A DNA stretch of 64,000 nt from Lama guanicoe (GCA_013239625.1 MU054212.1:5988270-6052269); one strand, 5' to 3'; shown: positions 11,200 to 24,055, numbered from the stretch's first letter. Numbers and translations are program-made. The notes: generated from the sequence alone by a model not told the origin.

Positions 11200-12610
11200 T
11201 CGGTGCTTACCGATGCCCGGAGCCACATAGATGAAGTAGAGGCAAGACGAGGAGAGGGAGAAGAAGAAGATGAAGGCGAGGAGGGAGCGATTGGAGACCC
11301 GCATCATCCGCCGGAGCACAGACATCTTCCTCTTCCCGGCCAGCAGCTCGGGCTGCGCTCTCAGGCCGGACTTGGGGACACCGTCCAGGCCCTACACTTC
11401 CATGAATGTGCTAAAAACCCCGAGACTGCAGCGGGGTCCGCGCGGGGAGGCTCTCGGGGAGAGGGCCCGAGAGGCAAGGAGGAGAGAGGAGGGAGCGGAC
11501 GGAATGAATGGGAAGGCGGAGAGCCGGGGGAGGGGAGGAGCGGGGGAAGGCGGGGGAGGGGAAGGGGAAGAGAGGACGCGGGGCGTGGGGGCCGGGGACC
11601 GAAGGACCCGAAGAGGCCGTGGAAAGGCGAGGACGCGCGTTTATCGCCCGGCAACGGCGGGAGGAGGGGCTGCAGGTGGGGAGAGGCGCGGGCTGCGCGC
11701 CGCGGCGCCCCTGCGGAGAGGACCCGCCGACTGCAGCACGCCGGGCTCCCCCGCGGCTCCGGCTGCCTGCGCCCGCCGGGGTCCAGGTCGCGAAGCCCCC
11801 GCGCTCAGGGTCCCGGCCCCCCGCGCTCCGCAGGCCCGCGCCGCCGCCGCCGCCGCCTCGGGGCCGCGGCGTCTCGTGCCTGCGCGGGGCTAGCGTGGGC
11901 GCCGGGGCCGCAGCCGGCGCGCGCGATGCGCGGGGGCCCGCGGAGGCCCTGGGGGCCGAGGAGCTGGGCGCTCGCGGGCGCGCAGCCTCCTCCTCATGCC
12001 GCGCCGGGCCCCGGCGTCCCGCGGCGGCCGCGGGAGCCGAGCGCAGGAGAGGGCGGCGTCCCGGCCAGCAGCGAGCGTGCTCCGGCCCCGGCCACCGCCA
12101 GCTGCCCGCCCGGCCGCAAGGGCGGCAACCGCAGCAGCATTACCGCCGCCGGCCCGGGGTGAGGCGCCCCCGCCGGCGCCGCCCCCGCACGGCCCCCGGA
12201 CAGCAGGAGAAGAACCGCCGGACGGCTCGCGCTGCGGGTAGAGCCGAGGAACCCGAAGAGGAGGAGGCCGGGCGCCGTCGGAGACGCGGCTGGGTAGCAG
12301 AAGGGGCGGACGTTCAAGGGCCGGGTAGTGCCGGAGGAACACCCGGGTCGGCGAGCGCGTCCAGAGACCCTCGGCGGCTCCGCGCGCTTGCTCGGAACTG
12401 CAGGCGGCGCTGCGCCGGCCCCGAGGAAACCAGGAGGCCCCCGCCCCTCCTCCGAAACACCGCGCCTCCTGATTGGCCCGCGCCGCACTGCGCGGAATAA
12501 CCTGCCCCCACCCGCGCGCGCAGGGACCCGCGCCCCTGCCGCCTCCTGCGTCACCGTCGCCCACGCCGGCTTGGGGACCCCAGCGCTCGCCGAGCTGCCG
12601 GGGACTGAAA
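11200..12610. promoter_or_regulatory. B4GALT6: CpG island promoter / 5'UTR of B4GALT6
   Basis: Very high GC and CpG density. GC boxes (GGGGCGG ~12303, CCCCGCCCC ~12439), a CCAAT box on the minus strand (GATTGG 12471-12476) and (GCC)6 at 11840-11857. Confidence 0.9.
11211..11325 (-). CDS. B4GALT6: Beta-1,4-galactosyltransferase 6, coding exon 1 (cytoplasmic tail + type II signal anchor)
   Basis: Translates MSVLRRMMRVSNRSLLAFIFFFSLSSSCLYFIYVAPGI, which I recognise as the B4GALT6 N-terminus. ATG at 11325 with A at -3. The 115-nt coding part ends at a phase-1 donor G|GTAAGC (GT at 11210-11209). It lies in a CpG island. Confidence 0.96.
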
Positions 12611-15600
12611 TACTGATCTTGAGGCTCCAATGTGTTCCTTCCTGGGACTTGATAATGAAAGATGCTGTGCCTGGAGGGAAAAAGGAATCTCGAGGAGGAG
12701 ATGAATGGTGTGCTTTTTTCCCCAAAATACACGAACGTGGTGTTTTCCGGTCCTGGATTAACGAAACCTCCCATCCCGCACTTCCTATAGAAACGTACTG
12801 TCAGGATGTGGTACGGCTCGATGCGTACCCCTCGTAATAGGACTTGCCTTCCCATCTGAAGGTGAGCACTGGGTAGTCCTACTTCAGCTGTGTTGGTTCA
12901 GGCAGGGCAGAAAAGACTTACGCGCAGCCAATAGGCCCTTGAGCGCTGCAGCACCAACCAGCTCAGTAGACAAATTGTTGTAATGCACCTCCTAGGTCGT
13001 GGTCTATCTACCCTTCATTCAAAAGCTGCATTTACCTTCTAGCTAGTCCTTAGCTCTGTCACATTTTTCCAGCGCCTGTTTTCAGGTGTTTCTTTTGCAA
13101 CTAATCGTGTAGGAAGTGGCTGGATGCTCCCTGCCATTATTTGCTCAGTATTTCCAGATGCAGTGGTATTGAACCACCGCTTGATTGCCAGCAAATTTGG
13201 TATCTTCTTAACAAGATAACCCATGCCTAGAAACGTCTCTGAGATACTACTATGCTATGTGGAGCCTGACCGAGTTTATAATTCCACTAAGGCCTTTCAT
13301 TAACTGGAACTCATGCCAAGCTAGTACCTCTCTTCTCAGCCTTCAAATGGAGGGTGTGATACCACCTTGTAAGGCTGTGGGATTAAACGTGATAAATGTA
13401 AAATGCGAAACATGATGTCTGGCACCTAAGAGGGTCCCTTAATATCCCATTAGACAGTTGTGTGGATGGAATCATCAGGTTCAACTTCATTTCTTAGTAT
13501 TTTGCTTTTTGGGATACTTACAAGTTACTCAACTTCTCTGGCTAATTTGATATTTAATGTAAAAGGAAATGACACTATTTTGTCACACTTTCGGATGCTT
13601 AAGGGGAATCTGAAATACAAAAATGGAGCAACGTATTAAATGAAAGATAAAACTCACTTTAGAAAAAAAAATACCTATGCAAGCGAAAGAAACCCATGTA
13701 TAGTGAGAAAGCAAAGTTATAGTAGTTCCCTCTCTGACCCTGCTGACTTTTATCTCTCTTTATTTGCACCAGTACTACTGGGTATTTACAGTGCTAATAC
13801 TACTGTGCTGGCTTAGCCATGGACAGTGCTTCTCAGAAGGATTGGCTTTTTAAAAGCAAAGTTTTCTACAAAACTAAGTGTAAAGTATTAGCATCTTAGA
13901 AACGGATGATTGTTCTTATTTCAGGAAACCTGAAGTCTGTGTATAGATGTGCCTGGCTGGTACAGTTGACCACCATTGGTATCGCTCCCCAAGTTCACCA
14001 TGGTTCTTATTTAAACTGATTAGTTTTCCTCTGGAGTTAAGTACCAGAAAACCAGTTTAGTCAGTGCGCCCATTAGTATTGTTGATCGCCAGCCACACAG
14101 AGAGGCAGCCAGGCAGCCTGCAGTTGAATCCCAGGCACTCTCTGGTCAAGTGACCACCAAAATTACTCAGAGTTCCTTGTTCCTCCATCTCCTCATCAGC
14201 AAAAGATAAACATAGTACCTAGTAGAGTTGTTGTAAGGACTAAATTAAACGAGTTAATGCCTCTAAAAAGCTCAGGAGAACCTGGTACCTAGTATGCACT
14301 ATTTAAATATTTGTTAAATGTCTTCTTTAAAATCTTTCCTTTAGATCACTCTCTGCCAACAGTAACAAGTGATGCTGGTCTCTTCCTGTTTAAAAACCAA
14401 ATTTCCTAATGAGTCAGCCATGAAGTCTCAGTCTCTAGTGTCTGAAGGATACTTCAGGGTCTCAGCTCATTTGTAAAGCAAAGATCAGTGAAATACTCAG
14501 AGCCAAATCTTTTCAAGCCCAGATTATCAACCGATACTTCCTCAGGAGCCAGGTAAGGCCCCCAATAGAGTGACCGTGTGGAAACCTACTGAGTTTAATT
14601 TTATGATTATCAAAGAGACTTTAAACTTAAAATTGTAAGACATGACTTATAATAGCAAGGCACAATTTCTCTTAACTGCTTTGTTCTACATATAATACCA
14701 CCAAGTATTCTGTTTATTATTTTCTGTCCACTAGGTTTTCTATTTATGTTAATCAGAAATATACTACTGAGGTGGTAATTACCACAAAAAAAGAAAAATG
14801 TACTTCTTTAAGGAGATGGGTGACATTTTACTTGGACTGTGCTGAGGGTAAACAACGTCTATGAAGTGTTTTGGATTTGTTCATAACCTTGGTAGAATAA
14901 AAATCAATGTGGTTTTTTTTTTTCCTGTGAATTGGGGTGAAGAGAGAATGAAAAAAGCTTGTAGAATCTCACTTTTGTGATTGCTTAGGGCTCAGACTTC
15001 CATGTTACAATCACTGATTAAACATAGTAATTTTATATATTTAAATACATGGTCTCAGCACTTGAGATTCAGTTAAAGAAAATTGGTAGGTTGATAAATT
15101 GTGCTTAGACAGTTGAATTTCCTTTTTTACTTACATAATTGGAATGTAGATTGTATAAGAGTTGGACATTGGCATGATTCAGAAAATGGAATATTTATTC
15201 TAAAATATTGTTATTGTACAGAAACTTCCCTTAAATAAAGCCCATTTTCCCACTAATTTCCATGATAGAGTTCTGCTGAGAAAAAAAAAATTAGTCCCTA
15301 CCTCTTATGTAGGTTATGTTAAAGAAATCTTACAAATATATTTGAGAGCAAACATAATCACCTTAGAGCCAGGTTTTAATAATCTTGTATAAATATATAT
15401 GAAATAGTGCAGAACTTGATAACACTGTATTATAGTTAAATTTTAAAAAGAAACCACTGTAGTGTCAACAGTCCTTACCTAATTCAGCAGTTGACCCAAA
15501 TTTCATACTCATCTCAAATTGCCTTAATCCTTTCATCTCGAATCCAAGCTCATTCTTTCACATCAGAATGATGCCCTACAGCATTTCAAGTATTCAAACC

Positions 15601-17291
15601 ACTTTCCTATCATTTTCTTAACATCCCTTTGGGGTAGATATGGCGACTATCATTATGTCTACTATATTATTATGCCTCAGGGAGGCACACTGTCTGACCT
15701 CAGGTCACACGCTGACAGGTAACAGAGCTCAGAAGAGAGCCAAGATGTTGTCAGCCTCATTCAGTGCCCTTTCCACCACACTGGCTCCCATTTTCACATG
15801 GATTCCTTTGCTTATGAGAGCAAATGTTTTATTTAGTGTATATTTTAAATATTTCTAGCAATAAACATATACAATCAATTTTTCAGACTTCCTCTACCAA
15901 TTTTGTCTCAGACATCTGTATCAGTACATGACTGGTACTACATGGAAAGTAAAGTTAAGGCCCAACTGTCTGGTTCTTGCTTGTAATCAGTTGATAAGTC
16001 AAAATGAGAAAATTGATAGATTGTGTTTGCTTTATCTATTCTTTTTTTCTCAGCGTAATGCTAGGTTTATTCAACAGATTGCTGGTTTTGCCTTAAAGGG
16101 AATCTGAGCTGCCAGGCACTAGCCATTGGCTTGCTCCCTAGGCTGCCTGGAAAAAGAAGCCTGCCCAGTGGTGCTGGAATGAGAATCTGTTCAGAAAACG
16201 ATGAGGTTCAAGGGCAGGGGAACAGACAATAAAAAGCAGAGATAGGAGACTGAAAGAGTAATGAGTCACATCCCAGGCAGTGCCCTGTGTCTTGCGTGGA
16301 AGGAATGCTCTTGAAGCCGCCCCCAGGGTACACGTGGAGGCTGCCTCTTGGCCTGCTTGCTTCCTCTGCCCAGGCAGCCTGCCTGAAGGCTGAGGGAAAC
16401 CAAAGGCTCGGCACATGTGTGACCCAGACGCGCAGGGCACCTCGGGTGTTGTGCACAGCAGCCGGGCATCTCAGCCCTACAGAGAAGGCCCGTGAACTTG
16501 GCCACTGAACAGACAAAATAAACATCCACATTCCCAGAGCAGCCTTGAATTCTAAACAGCAGTTAGTCCTGGGTAACTCTGAGGACAACCTTTCTGATTA
16601 ATACACACATCCGTAATAAAAAGAAGGAAGAAACAATTCCTAGTGCTTGACGTAGTGAAAGAATCTGCTGGTCATAGTGCAAACAGCCTACCCTCACTCG
16701 TTTGATTTTTTTAAGAAGTCATTTCCTGAACACAATTCTATTTGGATAATATATAAAATAGTTTCCCTAACCTGGTACAAAAGCAGGGCAGTAAATAATT
16801 ACTGAATAAATGAATGAACACAGTCTTAACTTTTGCACTATTACGTATATTCCTTCAGGTTTAGTGTAACAAGAAGTACAAGTTAGTTCAGTTTCTCTTA
16901 CCCAGAGCATGTTATCAAACGAGCCATCTTCATAGGTGAATGACTCACAGAAGTAGAGGGTAAAATACATAGATGACAGGTGTATATTCTGAAAGTGTTC
17001 TTTTATTATATCAAGAATCTTCTAGCTGTGGCAGACAAAAGCATTTTAAGAAATGCAATTATGATACACAATAGCTTTTAATGAAGGATATTGGTAGGCC
17101 ATTTATTATCATATTTAACATTTTAAGTCTCAGAATGTCCTCGGTCTGTGATTAAATCACTCTGGGAAAAATACTGGTTTTGGAGCTTAAATGGGTAAAT
17201 GTCAAAATGAGAAATAGGTTTCAGGTAAATACGATAAAGGGTTTCAGTGTTTCTGTGTCTGAAAAGGGAATTCTAGAATACTGAGATCCTG

Positions 17292-17425
17292 GAAGGGACC
17301 ATGTAGCTCAGTGGAGGAGCACATGCTTAACATGCACGAGGTCCTGGGTTCGATCCTCAGTACCTCCATTAAATAAATAAAAATAAACTTAATCGCGCCC
17401 CCCCCCCAAAAAAGGAGCAGCTATG
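17292..17425 (+). mobile_element. Vic-1-like SINE
   Basis: tRNA-like head. 16-bp TSD GAATACTGAGATCCTG at 17276-17291 and 17426-17441. Confidence 0.9.
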
Positions 17426-17719
17426 GAATACTGAGATCCTGACTTGTGCGAAAAGCCACAAGTTCATAGTCACAGGTGGGATGGAAGTTACTGTAACAAG
17501 ACATGTTTTAAAACAAAAACAAAAACAAAAACAGAACTTTAGATACATCAGATAACCAAAAGAATGAAAGAAACTAAAATCATTTTACCCTGAGAAGTAT
17601 GGATAATACCAGTTGACCGCTACCAATAAGGAATGCCTCAGACATGCAAGGACTGGAAACATTAGGCAAATTATTAACATAACCCAACGTATTAGGTCAA
17701 TGACAAAGATGCAGTATCT

Positions 17720-18450
17720 TCTTTTTAAGTAGGAAAATATATAAATACAGCACAGTTTATTTACTTATCCTATTGTTTCTCAATGGGCATTGCTTTTCAA
17801 TTTGACTTAATCACAAATAAAACTAGTATAAACATTTGCACGACATGTACGTATTTCTGTTGGTTCTATACCTTATAGTCAAAATGCTAGATTTGATGAT
17901 CTGCACATGCTCAGATTTCAGAGATAATGACAGACAATTTCCCAAAATGATCATACCAAAATGACACTGTCATCAGCAGCATCTGAGAGTTCAGGTTCCA
18001 TATAGTTCCACCAACACTTAGTATAGTCAACCCTATTAACATTAACATTTCAGGTAGAATATAATGGTGTCTCATTTTGGTTTTAATTTGCACTTCCCTG
18101 AGGGTTAGTGGGACTGAGTAATTTTTCATAAATTTATCGGCATACAGTATCTTCTGTAGAAGCTGCAAAAGCATTCGATACAATTAAACAATTTATGATG
18201 TTAAAACTCTTCATAAAATAGGGCTGAGAGGATATGTTCTTATTTTGTAAAGAGCTATCTCAGGCAAATTGCTTCAGCATGATTAGTGTAGAAGCACCGT
18301 CATTCAAATCATGAAAAAGATACAGACTGGCAAAACTTAGCCAATGCACTTGGATAATACAATTAAGAGGTAAAAGTAGTGGAAAGAAAGTGATAAAAAG
18401 TTATTGTTATTTATATAAAGAGCATTAATTGGAATGCACATTAGATCTAA
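17720..18450. mobile_element. Ancient L1 ORF2/3' fragments in both orientations
   Basis: Minus-strand L1 ORF2 C-terminal remnant (track ORF ...LREVQIKTKMRHHY...) abutting plus-strand RT-region remnants. Confidence 0.55.
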
Positions 18451-19339
18451 TAGGAAAGATTAATAAAGAACCACACAGAAATATATACGCACACTTACTC
18501 AGTTCAACATTGGGGTACAGTCCTAGAAACCAGAGCTCTAACTGGACTGAATTATATGGGGTCCTATAGTTCCTTCCTGTGGAGAAGTATTTTAAGATTG
18601 TACTTGAGCAATTGCCCTATTCTCTCAGCTTTTAACAATGTTTAGGATGCCCTTCACAATGTCAAAAGACCTCTGCCAATCTCCTTGTTTTCTTTATCCT
18701 CAGCTTCCTCAAGCATTTCCCTGAAAACATCACCAATTGCCAGAAAATGTGTATTCTAACCTAGTGCCTGGTCCTTTAGCCTTTCCCTTTGTGGTAGGTG
18801 GAGTGCTGTGGTCCCGTAACTTTTCAAAGTCAATTCGTGTCAGAATTATTTACCGGAACTCAAAATAAATCCCAGGAGAAGCTAGAGCAGAGAAAACAGC
18901 ACACATTCTAGAATGGCTCATCTCAGGATGGCTGGGACATGGCCCACTGATTATGTTTGGTGGCCGTGTGGTCCACTAGTACCTCATGGGTCAGACTTGT
19001 GATGGCGCTCAGAGCATAGAGAGAGACCCTGTTAACAGGGTAATACCATCTACTATGTAATGTATAAATTCATTGTTACACATGTAGCCTGCACTATCTT
19101 TTAAGATATCATAAAGACAAGTAGCAAACGGAGATATAATGTACCTGATTATATTACAAAATTGATAAAATCTGATCAAGTTATGCCACACTAACATTAA
19201 ACTGTGAGATTACATAATAACAACAACAAAAAGATCTCAAGTATAGCAGCAAATATATGTAAATAATACCTATGGATAAACTGAAAAGGAAATGCACAAA
19301 ACCAATATGAAAGAAAAACAACAATTTAAAAAACTGGAG

Positions 19340-20905
19340 ACAGGACGTCTGGTTTCCAGTTCTGCACGTAAGGGGCTTAGAAGTCACCACTCTGTCCTAA
19401 CGGCAAGTAAAGTGCTGAACAGACTGAAGAAAATGAACAACTCTTCCTGGATCCTTAAGAGAGGTCAGGACACAGACAAGCTGCTGTCCCCGAGTTTAGA
19501 GAAACAGACAGGCAAACACCGGGAGTCATGGCTTACCAGAGCAGACACTGATGAGCAGAAACCACCAAGGGAATCAGTGCTGGAGCAGGAAGACCTGAAC
19601 CCTAACCCACAAATCGCTGGAGGCTCAGTATGAACAAGTCTGAGAGTTGGAAACTTCAGGGGATGCAGTCACGGAGGACCCCACACTTTTGTGAATTTTA
19701 TCTCCAGGAGTTCAACCATGTTCTCATAATAAATATCAAAGAAAAATCTCCTTATTATTATTCTAGGAGAGCACTCCGTCCTCCTTAACAAGCCCTGCCC
19801 TCAGAAGAGACTAGTGAACCAGAGCGTAGCCTGTTGGGGCAGTATCAGAGCCTAACTGACCTGGGGAAGCAAGGCTCTCGTCATCTGGTCCCACCGAAGG
19901 AGGAGGAAGAATGCTGAGAAACACTCGTGATGTTCACAGTCCAGAGGCACAGACTCACTAAATGACTGAGACCTGATCATAGGAACACTTCCCCTCCCCA
20001 GCACCTTACCACCACATTACTGCAGACCTATCTGCAGCAGTTTCTTTTACGCAGTACATCATGGCCGCATGTCCAGCAAGAAGAAATTACAAGGTATATT
20101 AAAAGGCAAGAAAACACAATATGAAGAGACAGAGCAAGCATCAGAACCAGACATGGCAGGGATGCTGGAATTTAAATTCCCAGACAGGGAGTTTAAAAAC
20201 AGTCAGGCAGTTTCTTACAAAACTAAACACCCTCACCATATGATACAGCAATCACCCTTGATATTTACCCAAAGAAGCTGAAAGCTTATGTCAACACAAA
20301 ACCCAGCACACGGCTGTTTACAGCAGCTTTATTTACAGTTGCCAAAACTTGGAAGCAACCAAGGTGTCCTCAGTAGGTGAATGGATAAGTAAACTGTGGT
20401 ACATCCAGGCAGTGGAATATTATTCCAGGCTAAAAAGAAACGAGCTACCAAACCATGAAAAGACATGGAGGAACCTTAGATGCGTATCACTAAGTGAAAA
20501 AAAGTCAATCTGAAAAGACTGCACACCATATGTCTCCAAAACTGAAGACAGTAAAAGGACCAGTGGTCGCCAGGGGTAGGGCGGGGCAAAGGAATGAATA
20601 CGCAGAGCACAGAGGATTTTTAGGGCAGTGAAAATAACCAAGATACTGTAGTGTTGGACACATGTCATTATACATTCATCCATACCGACAGACTATATAC
20701 CACACCAAGAGTGAACCCTAATATACACTATGGGCTTTGGGTGATAATGACGTGTCAATGTGGGTTCATCAAGTGGTGACAAGTGTACCTCTCTGGTGGG
20801 GGATGTTGATGATGGGGAGGCTGTGAATGTGTGGGGACTGGGAGTCCCCCTTCTCTGTACCTTCTTCTCAATTTGTCCGCGAACCTGAAACTGCTCTTAG
20901 AAAAC
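19340..20905 (+). mobile_element. Ancient L1 (L1M/L1MC-type) fragments: 5' region joined to 3' end
   Basis: 20200-20900 matches L1MC-type 3'UTR motifs (CCAAGAGTGAACCCTAAT..., GGAAGCAACCAAG...GAATGGATAA). The upstream part resembles an L1M 5'UTR/ORF1 start. Confidence 0.65.
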
Positions 20906-22339
20906 AATTTTAAGAAAGCAAAGCTTTTGAAATAAGGGCCAATTTAAAAATAAGTTTAACTCATGTTGAGAATCAGATATTTTATTCAACTAAATTTGCT
21001 TCCCCAAAAATGGAGATCAAAAAGAAGGCCTGAACAAGGAAAGGATGGAAAATCCAATATTATAAAGAGGTGGCTTTTTCCCTGGATGTGATGCCTTGAA
21101 TGTTAAAGAATGAGCAAGCTAAAGAGTGACAGTTATCCAAGAATAAGACAGGACACCTGGGAGTAAGCATGCTTCCAAGGCAAGAGACAGCTCCCTGGCT
21201 GTAACGCCGTTTGTAATCACTACCATTTATGTTTCTAGTATTCTTCATCTGACAAGGCATGGAAAATAATGGTTATTGTCAGGGTGAGAAAGACGATTAA
21301 TTAAGGAAATGAAGTCTTTCCTTCAGGAAGTGTAAACAGGAAGCATTTCCCGACTAGTCTGCTAAAGCATCTCGGATGGAGCAGGTCAGCGCTTGTAAGC
21401 AAGCCGTTGCCATCCTAGGTGTTAGGAAGATTTATTCCTTGCACTGAACGTAACACCCGTTTGCTTGCCCAGGAGACAGGTATGTCCCCAGCAAGACCGG
21501 ACATCTGTAAACACACCAGCCTCTTCAGGGTGATAGAATACTAGACAGAGAATGACCAGTGTCCCCACACTCTCCAATGGGTTGACGGAGCCAAGGTACC
21601 AAGAAGAGGACCTGAGGTGACTCCAGTTAGAATCCTTTGCTGTAAGATCTTCTCTAGTTAAGTGAGAAGCATCTGTAGGGTTTTGGTCACAACAGCTGGC
21701 ATTATTACTGAGTTATAGCTGATTTAGTTTCCGATCCTGATACAAGTTTTCTCAGAATAAGTTATTTCAATGAAAAAAATCTCCATATATTTGCTTAACT
21801 CCAAATCTCACATTACCAAAATAACATGCAAAACTCTGAAACTGATAGTATGGAACAACCAAGATAAATTGGACCCCTCCGCATCTTACATACCAGTCCG
21901 TCATCCCCAGACCCTGTATATCTTTAAATTGTTAATGGTAGAATTATTTTACCAATATGAGGTACATAGCAATTAATAAATAGCCATTTAATGTTAAACC
22001 TTCTTGATTGAATTCCTGACCGCTGTTTGTAAAAATAACAGTAAAATCTCCTGGGAGGCTTTATCACATGTGGCAATTCTTAAGAACCATGCTATGCAGT
22101 GGAGAGGGAAAATTGATACTATGAAATTTAAGTCTCATTAAAATGAGGTGGGGGTGACTTTTTTTTTCCTTTCTTTAAGAAAAATACATCTGGTAAAACC
22201 TTCTCCACTGCCACAGAGAAAAGGGGCTGAAACAACAAAAGTATTGTACATGGAGCAGGAAGAAAACTTGTTATTAAAGGCCAGGCTGGCAGAAAGTCGT
22301 TTCCAGTGTAAACCAATAAAATGAAAACACTCTGCCACC

Positions 22340-23660
22340 TCTCCTGCCTGGAATCAACCAAAAATAACAAGGAGAACAAGAAAAGTCTTCAGTGACGCTG
22401 GGAAACACCTCAAACTCTGAACAAGCCCGCATGAAGAAAGCCTCGGAAGACAGCCTTCGGGTCAGGCAGTCCCGACAAGAGGTCCATGCTCAGCACACCT
22501 GGGACAGGGGTGTCAGAGCGCCGCGTTCTCTGGGACGGGGGAGCCCGGGGGAGGGAAGGACAGACCGCGTCCACGCTGCCTAGAGAGCCTGTCCGGCCCC
22601 TTGTCACAGCGTGGCAGGGGACACATTCAAGCAGCCAGGCACAGACACACCGCTTCTCCAAGGAGCAGGGTATCCATGTGGCCTGTGGAGATAAAACCCT
22701 GGATGACTTAACAGCCCTGAGCTGCCCATTTTTATAAGCTGAAGAGTGGTGAAGGCTAAGTCAAAAGTAAGCGTACTGGGAACTTAGATTATTTGGAGAT
22801 TCGTGAAGAAGTAGTGCAGTGTCTCCCAGCCTGGATTAGCGCATGACACGGGGCAAAGTGCCCGTAAGCTTTCCTAGGGGACGTCCCTGTGCTGTTCCTC
22901 CTTAGGGAACACCCCCCCTCCACCTGAACCCCACTAGACTGGAAGTAACTCCATTCCAAGGAGGAAAAATCAGGAAGGGGCCAGCATGAAACACAAGAAA
23001 CGCAGGAGGAAAAAGAAGATGGCGTGAGAAAAGTTGATAACAGCCACATAACAGAAAAATTACACCATGAATGAGGTCAGTATAGATTTTAAAAAAATTT
23101 TTTATTCAAGTGTAGTTGATTTACAGTGTTAGTTTCAGTTATACAGCAAAGTGATGCAGTTATACGTAAACATACATATGTATTTTTTCTTTTCAGATTC
23201 TTTTCCATTATATGTTATTACAAGAAATTAAATATAGATCCCTGTGCTATACAGTAGTTCCTTGTTAATATAGATTTTTTTATTTCAAAAAAATGATAAT
23301 TTTTACCCAAATATAAACACACATACACACGTCTGGAATATAAATAGAGAAAGATACAAGGGTTCAAAGAAGCAGACATAACATAAATAGGCAGAGCTCA
23401 GGACAAAAGTGAAGGACAGGAATATTACCATCACAAAAGCCACGTCCAAATGGAGAGCAAAATAAAAGAATAGCAGATATTGCTGAAAACACAGGCAGAG
23501 ATGCGAGATAACACACTTGAGAAAACTGAGTAAAAACAAAAAATAAGACATGGAAGACAGGCAGCACAGTTCGTCATATGTACGTTTGGTATTGCTGAAG
23601 AACAAAAGAAAAGAAATGCAACAGAAAAAAATTCAAAAATGTAACTGAACAAACTAAAGA
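22340..23660 (+). mobile_element. Degenerate L1M/HAL1 5'UTR-ORF1 remnant
   Basis: 23400-23660 resembles L1 ORF1 coiled-coil/RRM sequence (AAGACATGGAAGACAGGCAG...GGTATTGCTGAAGA). Boundaries are uncertain. Confidence 0.4.
23091..23268 (-). mobile_element. Older L1 3' end
   Basis: Reverse-complement L1 3'UTR (…CCTGTGCTATACAGTAG…). TSD TATAGATTTT at 23081-23090 and 23269-23278. Confidence 0.75.
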
Positions 23661-23834
23661 GTACCTTTATTCATTAGCGATTTCCTTGGCTTCTTTCATT
23701 CCTATCAAATTTTACATTTGATTAACCAAGTTTTATTTTATTGCCTTGCCCCCTTTACTATTTTCTACATTCTATTATTTTATTGATTATCCTCAAATTT
23801 TTAGCACACAAAGTAAAATGTTTATTCCTTTTAA

Positions 23835-24055
23835 AAGGGATAAATTGGGCGTTCAAGATTTGCAGATACTAACTAATATAAAATAGATAATCAACTTTAT
23901 ACTGTATAGCACAGGGAACTATATTCAATATCTTATTGCCTATGGTTAGGAAGAATATGAAAGGGAATATATGTGTGTATATGTGTGACTGAAATACTAT
24001 GAATGCACCAGAAATTGACACAGTGTAAACTGACTATATTTCAATTTTAAAAAGG
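23835..24055 (+). mobile_element. Older L1 3' end
   Basis: ACTGTATAGCACAGGGAACTATATTCAATATCTT motif typical of laurasiatherian L1 3'UTRs. Confidence 0.75.

Larger units (their letters stand above)
1..11210 (-). other. B4GALT6: B4GALT6 intron 1 (partial; exon 2 is beyond the window)
   Basis: Starts at the GTAAG donor. No exon-2-like peptide was seen in 1-11210, and the region is repeat-rich. Confidence 0.85.

Noticed and set aside
11095..11210. ORF extension past B4GALT6 exon 1 (GKHRDTPS...)
   Set aside because: Read-through into intron 1 past a consensus GTAAG donor. The same applies to the intronic tails of track ORFs 55001, 61349 and 63584.
11203..12855. Long overlapping ORFs (319, 330, 321, 243, 207 aa) on both strands
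   Set aside because: Low-complexity Gly/Arg/Pro/Ala peptides caused by stop-codon scarcity in a CpG island. There is no recognisable domain, and several start at GTG.
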